Source: Melioribacteraceae bacterium (lineage in GTDB: Bacteria; Bacteroidota; Ignavibacteria; Ignavibacteriales; Melioribacteraceae). From it: 64,000 nt of DNA. The notes under the pieces were generated by a model. That model ran no database searches. It was not told the DNA's origin and saw nothing but the letters and a program-made list of their open reading frames with translations. Positions 8,923 through 16,626 of the stretch are shown here, piece after piece. A program made the translations under genes and the position numbers. Each line of letters starts with the position of its first letter. Within the stretch, counting starts at the first letter, position 1. Where the stretch lies: the NCBI GenBank assembly GCA_022181065.1, contig BQMY01000080.1:22849-86848 (forward strand), written 5' to 3'.

Positions 8923-10292
8923 TTGTTCACCGGTCTTTTGCTTCGTTGATAAAACCTGTCGAGCAGTTTTTGTTTATTGGGCTTTTTATCGTAAACCACG
9001 AATGAAGGGAGGGTGAAATCCCGTTCGTTGGTTTCGACAAGGTTTTCGGGATGATATTCGCTCAGTGGTTCACCGTACATCTTAACATCAACAACTTTGC
9101 TGCTGTCGAAATAAACCTTCATATCTTTTGAGCTTGATTTCAGCAATCCGTTTTTTTCACCTTCATCATACATGTAATAGATACTAAGCACGTTTCCGAA
9201 CACTTCTGTAAATGCCAGTTTGGAATCGGCAAAATGCATTTTGACCGAATCGCCCGATATCTGGTCAAAACGAATCGGATAATTTTCATTTGTTGTGAGA
9301 ATAAACGCGTTCAGATTTATATCTATTCTTCGCAACAGATTTTGTTCAATAAAAATATTTATGGAATCACCCACGAGCTGCGAGTTTTCGAACCACATTA
9401 CAGGCGGATTTTTATCCTCTTCCTGCTTATGCGTTTTTATTGTGCTGTTAGTTCTGTAGAGAATGCTCTTGTTATTGGCAGACGAGAAATCACCCCGGAT
9501 TATCTGCACCGAATCTGTTGTGACAAGCTGCTGAAGCGAATCATCGTATGCTTCCATTAGTCCGGCACTGATTACCAGAGTATCAATTTTACCCGAAGAA
9601 GTGGTGTCTGTCTGCGATAACATCGGGTCACCCTCAATTCGTGTATAACCTTCAGCTTTATCGTCAATCAGCTTGGTACCAATGATCACAACATTATCTT
9701 TCGGACTATCGATAATTACATTCCCGAAGGCGATTGTTACATTATTTTTTTTATCGTCCGTTAGCTTATCAGCGTATATAATGCCGGATGTATCCTTCGC
9801 TACCACGTTCCCGGTGGCGACTGTTTTATCATCTTCCTGATACATGTCGAGTGTTTCGGATGTTAGTGTACTAACCGAATCGATGACCTTAACATTTCCC
9901 GAGAAACTGGCGAGTTTCTGGTTCGAGTAATAATATCCCCGGTCGGCGTATAAGTCAATTTTGCCGTCATTCATATAAACCGCGGAATCTGAATAAGCTA
10001 CCTTCTGTTTATTCAGGTAGAAGCCTTTTTTTGTTTTCATAGTAAGGGTGTCACGCGTGACAATAACATTCCCGATAAGCTCAATAATATCATCCGCAAA
10101 ATATTGAATAGCGGTATCGCAGGTAATTCGAACATCTTCCTGCGTTATGATCACATTACCTATTACTTCACGAAGTTTCTGCCCCTTTACGGTTTTGCCT
10201 TTGAGACTGTCCCCGATTATCGTCACATCACCCGATTGCGCTAATAGCGGGAGTGAAATCAGCATTATCAGCAAAAAATATCGGAGTTTCAT
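8919..10292 (-). CDS. OstA/LptA-like periplasmic protein (long form)
   Basis: Signal peptide followed by repeated GNV(I/V/K)(I/V) beta-jellyroll motifs (GNVIITQ, GNVIVTR, GNVKVID, GNVVAKD, GNVIIDS). ATGA overlaps with both lptC and lptB. Confidence 0.6.
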   Translation of the reverse strand: MKLRYFLLIMLISLPLLAQSGDVTIIGDSLKGKTVKGQKLREVIGNVIITQEDVRITCDTAIQYFADDIIELIGNVIVTRDTLTMKTKKGFYLNKQKVAYSDSAVYMNDGKIDLYADRGYYYSNQKLASFSGNVKVIDSVSTLTSETLDMYQEDDKTVATGNVVAKDTSGIIYADKLTDDKKNNVTIAFGNVIIDSPKDNVVIIGTKLIDDKAEGYTRIEGDPMLSQTDTTSSGKIDTLVISAGLMEAYDDSLQQLVTTDSVQIIRGDFSSANNKSILYRTNSTIKTHKQEEDKNPPVMWFENSQLVGDSINIFIEQNLLRRIDINLNAFILTTNENYPIRFDQISGDSVKMHFADSKLAFTEVFGNVLSIYYMYDEGEKNGLLKSSSKDMKVYFDSSKVVDVKMYGEPLSEYHPENLVETNERDFTLPSFVVYDKKPNKQKLLDRFYQRSKRPVNK

Positions 10293-10831
10293 TTATTCTT
10301 TTCCAGTCGGGTATAGTATGTTATATTAAATATTGTGTAATTATCAAGACCCTGATCACTCTCGAAGCCGTATCCTTCAATTTTTTCATCGTCGGAGGTT
10401 ATAGTTACAAACCTGTCGCTCACAATTTTGTTGTCGCTGTTACGAAAAAGCAGTTCATCGGTTTCGAGTACTACTCCACTATCGGATACCGCCACTACAG
10501 AATCTATCGCGTACATATCGTTTGTAACATCATCAACTCTGCCACGTTTGGAGGTAAGAACCGAGGAAATATGACCATCCTGATCGTAAAAATCGATTTT
10601 AACACCTTCCAGATGTTTCGCTTTTTCCTCTTCATCCTCATAGACAATTATGTGATCAGCGTAGAGAATTGCCTGCTGTTCACCATTGTCGGTGAAAATT
10701 ATTTGAGAGTCCCAACTTTCCTGCACCGGGATACGATCGGTATCAACCGCTTCCATAATCACAGGTTTGATGTTTTTTTCTTCACACCCGGTGGTGAAAA
10801 TCAGAATGACAATTAAAGCAAAATATCTCAT
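10289..10831 (-). CDS. lptC: LptC-like lipoprotein
   Basis: 180 aa with a lipobox (IFTTGC). Its size and position between kdsD and lptA match the conserved kdsD-(kdsC)-lptC-lptA-lptB order. Sequence recognition is weak. Confidence 0.55.
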   Translation of the reverse strand: MRYFALIVILIFTTGCEEKNIKPVIMEAVDTDRIPVQESWDSQIIFTDNGEQQAILYADHIIVYEDEEEKAKHLEGVKIDFYDQDGHISSVLTSKRGRVDDVTNDMYAIDSVVAVSDSGVVLETDELLFRNSDNKIVSDRFVTITSDDEKIEGYGFESDQGLDNYTIFNITYYTRLEKNK

Positions 10832-11805
10832 CTTCTTTGTAAGCCTAATTTAACGAGGTCATGTAAGTGTACAACTCCAACGGGCAAATTGTTCTCGTTT
10901 TTCACAGCAAGTGATGTAATTTTAAAGTTTTCCATCTGTTGGAGCGCGAAAGAGGCGAGATATTCCTTCTTGATCGTCTTGGGATTTTTAGTCATGATCT
11001 CGTTAGCGGTAAGATTTTTGATATCGAGAGTTTTTTCGAGAAGGCGACGCAAGTCACCATCGGTTACTATTCCGCAAAGTTCACCGTTATCATCAACAAC
11101 GAGAGTATGCCCCAATCTTTTAGTTGTGATCTGTACGATAATATCTTTCATATCGGCGTGAATATTTACAACAGGAATATCGTCACCTGTAATCATTATC
11201 TCGGAAATTTTCAAAGATAATCGTTTACCGAGACTTCCCGCGGGATGTAGTAACGCAAAATCTTCTGCGGTAAATCCTCTTATCTCAAGCAATGCGACCG
11301 CAAGGGCATCTCCCATAGCAAGAGCCGCGGTAGTTGATGCTGTAGGAGCGAGGTCATGCGGACATGCTTCTTCCTTTACGCCTACATCAAGAATATAATC
11401 GCAATGCCGCCCGATTTTTGAATCCTTGTTCCCGAACATACCAATCACAGCAACACCAAGTCTTTTAAACATTGGAACCAGGTCATTCAATTCTTCAGTG
11501 TTGCCGCTTTTTGAAATAAGTATCACAGTATCTTCCGAACGAACCATTCCGAGGTCACCATGAAGAGCATCTGTGGGGTGCATATATATCGCGGCCGTAC
11601 CGGTGGAGTTCATGGTCGCCACAATTTTTCGGGCAATCAAACCAGATTTACCCATTCCCGAAAAAACAACTCTTCCGGTGCTGTTAAAAATGGTCTTAAC
11701 TACGTTAACAAATGTATCATCAATTTTATCAAGAAGGTCGAGTACCGCGTTACCTTCTATTTCTATAACTTCTTTACCTTTAGATATTATTTGATCGCCA
11801 GACAA
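10828..11805 (-). CDS. kdsD: arabinose-5-phosphate isomerase (KpsF/GutQ/KdsD; SIS + 2 CBS domains)
   Basis: VVFSGMGKSGLIARKI and ISKSGNTEE SIS motifs, with a tandem CBS C-terminus. TTG start is preceded by GGAGA. Confidence 0.9.
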   Translation of the reverse strand: MSGDQIISKGKEVIEIEGNAVLDLLDKIDDTFVNVVKTIFNSTGRVVFSGMGKSGLIARKIVATMNSTGTAAIYMHPTDALHGDLGMVRSEDTVILISKSGNTEELNDLVPMFKRLGVAVIGMFGNKDSKIGRHCDYILDVGVKEEACPHDLAPTASTTAALAMGDALAVALLEIRGFTAEDFALLHPAGSLGKRLSLKISEIMITGDDIPVVNIHADMKDIIVQITTKRLGHTLVVDDNGELCGIVTDGDLRRLLEKTLDIKNLTANEIMTKNPKTIKKEYLASFALQQMENFKITSLAVKNENNLPVGVVHLHDLVKLGLQRR

Positions 11806-11820
11806 ATTAAATCTCCAAAC

Positions 11821-12540
11821 TTATTTAAACAACCTCTTCCAAAAATTTGGTTTTTCCTTCTCCGTTACTTCAGGTATTTCCACTTTTATACCCGGTATTT
11901 TGTTCTTTTTCGCGTGAAGGTAAAACGCCTTTGTTAAAACATCATCTCCGAATTTGTCACTAAAAAGTAAATCAAAATTAAACGCCACTTTCGGATCTTT
12001 GATGTTTTCTACTCCCATAACAGAATTATAAAATGATGTAACAGTTAGTATTATGTTACCGGACTTATTTTTGTCGTGAACCCATAATTTCTTTTTTGCG
12101 ATATCACGTAAAAGCAGATACTCACCTTTATTGATCTCAACGGTTCTCAAATCACCGCTGAATGGCGAACTATCTCCGGGTTTCCAATTCGCAAGTGAAT
12201 ATTCGTTTTTTACAGCACGTTCTATACTAATTTCAATTCTTACTGTATCGCCGCTATTTTCAAAAAACGTAAAATCGTAGAACTGGTCACCAATATTAAT
12301 TCCGCCAATATTCACAACAGGCATCACAAAATCATCAGGGATAACTTCACTATTCTCGCATAAAAAGAGCTTAAAAGGATCAGCGCTATCAATCTTACAA
12401 ATATACCAATTTTTGAGCAGATTTATATATGCGGTGTAGTGGGGTGAATTTTGCGGGAAGAGATTAAAAATGATACCCAATTCCCCGGAATTCAGCTTTC
12501 TCGGCAAGTGTTCGCTATGGAAAAGATTATCAGTTGTCAA
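11821..12540 (-). CDS. hypothetical protein embedded in the Kdo/Lpt operon
   Basis: 239-aa ORF with an apparent TTG start that overlaps the kdsC stop by 11 nt. No signal peptide and no recognised motif. Confidence 0.5.
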   Translation of the reverse strand: MTTDNLFHSEHLPRKLNSGELGIIFNLFPQNSPHYTAYINLLKNWYICKIDSADPFKLFLCENSEVIPDDFVMPVVNIGGINIGDQFYDFTFFENSGDTVRIEISIERAVKNEYSLANWKPGDSSPFSGDLRTVEINKGEYLLLRDIAKKKLWVHDKNKSGNIILTVTSFYNSVMGVENIKDPKVAFNFDLLFSDKFGDDVLTKAFYLHAKKNKIPGIKVEIPEVTEKEKPNFWKRLFK

Positions 12541-13009
12541 TAGCCTTGAATATTGTTGACAATTCTGTAATGATGTTTTCAGCCCCGGATACTTTCAGTA
12601 CGATATCAACATAACGTTTAACCTCACGCCGCGCGTTTGATGGCGCAACCGATACCCCGGCTTTCTGAAGAAGTGGAATGTCGAGTATTCCGTCACCAAT
12701 GAAAAAGAGGTTTTCGTATTCAAGATGATTCGCGAGAAGTATTTTTTCAGCCCGCCCAACCTTATCCATCGAAGCTGTTTCAATGTAATCGAGTCCGGTA
12801 TCTTCAAGCTCGTAGATGGTTTTATTTTCGTTCCCTGCAGTTATAATACCGGATATTATTTCTTTCGATTTGAGTATCGATACAAATCCGCCAAGAAGCT
12901 TCCTAAGTTTGATTATCTCTTCTGTGGTCGGATTATCATCTACAAGTACACCGTCGAAATCGAAGATAACTATCTTTACTTTTTTGAATTTTTCTACAAG
13001 TTCGCTCAT
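12530..13009 (-). CDS. kdsC: Kdo-8-phosphate phosphatase (HAD-IIIA, KdsC/YrbI-like)
   Basis: The DFDGVL nucleophile motif, FIGDGILDIPLLQKAG, a size of about 160 aa, and an ATGA overlap with kdsA. Confidence 0.7.
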   Translation of the reverse strand: MSELVEKFKKVKIVIFDFDGVLVDDNPTTEEIIKLRKLLGGFVSILKSKEIISGIITAGNENKTIYELEDTGLDYIETASMDKVGRAEKILLANHLEYENLFFIGDGILDIPLLQKAGVSVAPSNARREVKRYVDIVLKVSGAENIITELSTIFKAIDN

Positions 13010-13824
13010 AACCCCTTTACGGTTTTATCTATAGCTAATATTGGTAGTAAAGTTTCTTCAAGTTTATCAAGTGGTAACTGACTCGCCGCATCACTTTTGG
13101 CGTTTTCAGGGTCGGGATGAGTTTCAATAAATAACGCGTCAATACCTACAGCGGCAGCGGCTCTCGCCAGAGGCGCGATATATTCGGGATTTCCCCCGGT
13201 AACGTTTCCTGTTCCGGGCATTTGAACCGAATGGGTTGCGTCCATAACCACAGGATACCCGGTTTCTTTCATGATCAGGAATGAACGCATATCAACAACA
13301 AGATTATTGTAACCGAATGTTGTACCTCGTTCGGTGAGCATAATATTTTTGTTTCCGGTGGATTCAACTTTCCCAACAGCGTTCGACATGCTCTGCGGGG
13401 CAAGAAATTGTCCTTTCTTGATGTTCACAACTTTACCTGTATTTCCGGCGGCAACTAACAGATCGGTTTGTCTGCATAAAAACGCCGGTATTTGCAGCAC
13501 ATCAGCGACTGTGGCGGCTTCGGCTGCTTCCGGTTCGGTGTGTATATCGGTTAATACCGGAAGGTTTAATTCTTCCTTAATTTTTCGGAGAATCTTTAAC
13601 GCGTCATCTCTATCAAGACCTGTAAATGATTCAACACTGGTTCTGTTAGCCTTTTTATAGCTTGCTTTGAAAATATAATCAACACCATGTTTTTCACAGA
13701 TTGACTTTACCTTTTCAGCGGTGGAGAGTGTTATATATTCATTTTCAACTACACAGGGACCAGCGATTAAAACGAGTTGTTTATTTCCGCCGATAGTTAT
13801 ATTATTTACTTTCACAAGATTCAT
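13006..13824 (-). CDS. kdsA: 2-dehydro-3-deoxyphosphooctonate aldolase (Kdo8P synthase)
   Basis: LIAGPCVVE, FKASYKKANRTS, IKKGQF and DATHSVQ motifs. Confidence 0.92.
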   Translation of the reverse strand: MNLVKVNNITIGGNKQLVLIAGPCVVENEYITLSTAEKVKSICEKHGVDYIFKASYKKANRTSVESFTGLDRDDALKILRKIKEELNLPVLTDIHTEPEAAEAATVADVLQIPAFLCRQTDLLVAAGNTGKVVNIKKGQFLAPQSMSNAVGKVESTGNKNIMLTERGTTFGYNNLVVDMRSFLIMKETGYPVVMDATHSVQMPGTGNVTGGNPEYIAPLARAAAAVGIDALFIETHPDPENAKSDAASQLPLDKLEETLLPILAIDKTVKGL

Positions 13825-13835
13825 AAATTCATATC

Positions 13836-14867
13836 CTAAAACAATTTTTCCTGATCATCATTTTTGCGTTTTGGCTGCAGGTTGAACCTTATATACGCCA
13901 ATTGTGTCGCCTCTCTTCCACGCGGAGTTCTTTGTATTAACCCTTGCTGTATGAGATAAGGCTCGTAAACTTCTTCAAGAGTACCTGCATCTTCATTCAC
14001 CGATACCGCAAGTGAGCTTAAACCAACGGGACCTCCGCTAAATTTTTCTATAATAGCCAGGATTATATCCTTGTCCATTTCGTCCAGACCATATTCGTCA
14101 ACATCGAGCGAGTTGAGGGCTTTTCGCGCGATTTTTATATCAATTTTGTCTTTATCTTCATAATCGGCGAAATCACGGGTGCGACGTAACAATCTGTTCG
14201 CGATACGAGGAGTTCCACGGGAACGTTTTGCTATTTCAACCGCAGCGTTTTCGTCAATCGCAATATCAAGTATCGCAGCCGACCTGTTGATGATTTTACT
14301 GAGCAGTGAACTGTCGTAATAATCAAGGCGAGATTTTATACCAAATCTGTCACGAAGCGGAGCAGTTAGCAATCCGGCTCTGGTAGTAGCACCCACAAGG
14401 GTGTACTTAGGCAATTTTATCTGTACCGAACGCGCGTTGGGACCGGAATCTATCATTATATCGAGTTTGTAGTCTTCCATCGCGGAGTAAAGATACTCCT
14501 CAACAAGGGGACTTAATCTGTGTATTTCATCTATAAAAAGTACAGAACGCTCTTCGAGATTGGTAAGTATTCCGGCAAGATCGCCCGGTTTTTCCAATAC
14601 TGGTCCGGAGGTAACTTTAATTTTGCTTCCCATTTCGTGGGCGATAATATGGGCGAGCGTTGTTTTACCAAGTCCGGGAGGACCTGTAAGAAGAACGTGA
14701 TCGAGTGCTTCACCACGTTTGAGCGCCGCACCAATAAATACCTTGAGGTTGTCGGTGATTTTTTTTTGTCCGGCAAACTGCTCGAAACTAAGCGGACGAA
14801 TCTGCTGCTCGAATTGTTTCTCTGTGTTGTCCGAATCGGGTGTGGTATTTTCCGAATTTCTCTTCAT
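13836..14867 (-). CDS. ruvB: Holliday junction branch migration helicase RuvB
   Basis: [30 protein letters not shown] and [13 protein letters not shown] motifs. Confidence 0.95.
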   Translation of the reverse strand: MKRNSENTTPDSDNTEKQFEQQIRPLSFEQFAGQKKITDNLKVFIGAALKRGEALDHVLLTGPPGLGKTTLAHIIAHEMGSKIKVTSGPVLEKPGDLAGILTNLEERSVLFIDEIHRLSPLVEEYLYSAMEDYKLDIMIDSGPNARSVQIKLPKYTLVGATTRAGLLTAPLRDRFGIKSRLDYYDSSLLSKIINRSAAILDIAIDENAAVEIAKRSRGTPRIANRLLRRTRDFADYEDKDKIDIKIARKALNSLDVDEYGLDEMDKDIILAIIEKFSGGPVGLSSLAVSVNEDAGTLEEVYEPYLIQQGLIQRTPRGREATQLAYIRFNLQPKRKNDDQEKLF

Positions 14868-14877
14868 TACTTTTTAA

Positions 14878-15966
14878 CTATTTCAGGCTTTTTCTTTTTA
14901 TGAATATAAACTTTTCTTTAATGATTACCATTAAAATCATCAGTGTCAGCATAATCGTGACCACCCCTGCGGTAGCCGCAAATGAAAATGTATGCGCAAA
15001 AGAGTTGTAAAAACCGGGATTCCACGCGCTGCCGTACAAAATTACCAAATGGACTACATATATCAAAAGGGTGTTTTTACCTATCTGTATTATTAATGGA
15101 GGGATAGTTTCCAGATTCATTGAGATATAGGCAACCACTCCATTGAGGGTGATTACTATTCCAAGTCTGAATAACATCAAGGGAATTCCCATATTCCAGA
15201 AGGAAATACCTTCAGCTAAGCTTGAGTGAACAAAATAATAACCGATTGACGCTATTATCAGAATTATCCCTGAACCTGTTATTCTTTTGGCGAATTTGTC
15301 GGTTCTTTGCACACCGGGCTTTTCAGCGAGATAATGCCCAAGCAGTCCTCCCGCCAGAACGTATCCAACCCACGGGAATAGAGGGAAAATCGAACCACTT
15401 CCCCTGTATAAATAACCAGCGACAGGTAAAGGAACCAGCTCAGACCAGTCGAAACTTCTTATATATCCGGTCAGTCCAAAGAAAAATACCACTCCAATCA
15501 CAAAGAGAAAATCAGGATTCATCTTTATTTTTTCAGCCAGGTAAAGTGTGATAATCACAAATAACAAACCAAACCCGATAAGATGGAGCGCGTCAACACC
15601 AAAAAATATGCGCCACTGATTCGGACCAACATTACTGAAATCGAATATTTTATATGTGGGATAGCGCAAAAGGTATCCTATCCCTACCAAAGTTAAAAAA
15701 CGGATAAATCCTTTTTTTACTCTCGGATTTTCCGCAAACGGCAGTTTGTTCTTCTGAAAAAGGTAGGTAAAGACTGTTCCGGATGTGAACATGAAAATAG
15801 GCGCTGTGAAACCGCGAAAAGTGAGCCAAATCTGATAAAAGACAGAATCGGCTGTGCGGTATTCATCACCGAGGAAGGTATCGGTGGTGTGACCTTGCAC
15901 CATCATCAGCACAGCTATTGCACGCATGATATCGAGAAAAATAATTCTTTTGCCGGTTCGGTTCAT
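14878..15966 (-). CDS. DUF1624/heparan-alpha-glucosaminide N-acetyltransferase-like membrane protein
   Basis: A polytopic membrane protein with the N-terminal motif RIIFLDIMRAIAVLMMVQGH. Confidence 0.6.
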   Translation of the reverse strand: MNRTGKRIIFLDIMRAIAVLMMVQGHTTDTFLGDEYRTADSVFYQIWLTFRGFTAPIFMFTSGTVFTYLFQKNKLPFAENPRVKKGFIRFLTLVGIGYLLRYPTYKIFDFSNVGPNQWRIFFGVDALHLIGFGLLFVIITLYLAEKIKMNPDFLFVIGVVFFFGLTGYIRSFDWSELVPLPVAGYLYRGSGSIFPLFPWVGYVLAGGLLGHYLAEKPGVQRTDKFAKRITGSGIILIIASIGYYFVHSSLAEGISFWNMGIPLMLFRLGIVITLNGVVAYISMNLETIPPLIIQIGKNTLLIYVVHLVILYGSAWNPGFYNSFAHTFSFAATAGVVTIMLTLMILMVIIKEKFIFIKRKSLK

Positions 15967-16368
15967 TCATATCGTTAATAATGAGAACTAAAAATAGCGA
16001 AAGGAGTCGACTATTAAAAGTACCATAAGCGCAATTTTATACTCGACTTTAGATGAGACTAATTTGAAAGAAATATGAGGACTCACAAAAGTTCATAAAA
16101 ACGAATTCATCCTTATCTTCGTGAAATGCCAAATAAATATTTAATTAATACTCAGCTTCGTCTGGATATGAAACAACTAAAATCCATCTCTTGAAAGTTA
16201 AGTTTCTGAAAAAAATCATTCGCGCTGAATATTTCTTTTATTCGGGTTGTATAATATTTCCGGCTCAACATACGGCATATGGCTTTAGAATAATTATTAT
16301 ACTGAAACTAAAGCATAAATTTTTATATATTGACATTTTGAATAATTCTGTAATCCACAACAAAAAGA

Positions 16369-16590
16369 ATGAAAATGAGTTACAGAGAGCAGAAAATTTA
16401 TTTTGAAAAACTTAAAAGGTACGAACGAAAATTCAAAGGTAAAGAAGCCGGTGAATACAGAATACTCGTTCAGAGGCATAAAGATGAAGAAGAACTCGAT
16501 AAACTCTCATTAGCCCGCCTGAAAGATTTATACGATAAATATTATGTAAACAGACCCAAGCCTAATCTGGATGATCTGTTTAAGAAATAG
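16369..16590 (+). CDS. small highly charged hypothetical protein
   Basis: 73-aa ORF, Lys/Glu-rich, lying 36 nt upstream of the DUF2723 gene. No family recognised. Confidence 0.35.
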   Translation: MKMSYREQKIYFEKLKRYERKFKGKEAGEYRILVQRHKDEEELDKLSLARLKDLYDKYYVNRPKPNLDDLFKK

Positions 16591-16626
16591 AGATACATTG
16601 AATTTAAAAATCTTTTTGAGGAGAGG

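Noticed and set aside
16330-16358. TTGACA at 16330 as a promoter for the 73-aa ORF
   Set aside because: No acceptable -10 hexamer lies at 16-18 nt spacing (taatcc at 15 nt, atccac at 17 nt). This is too weak to report as a feature.
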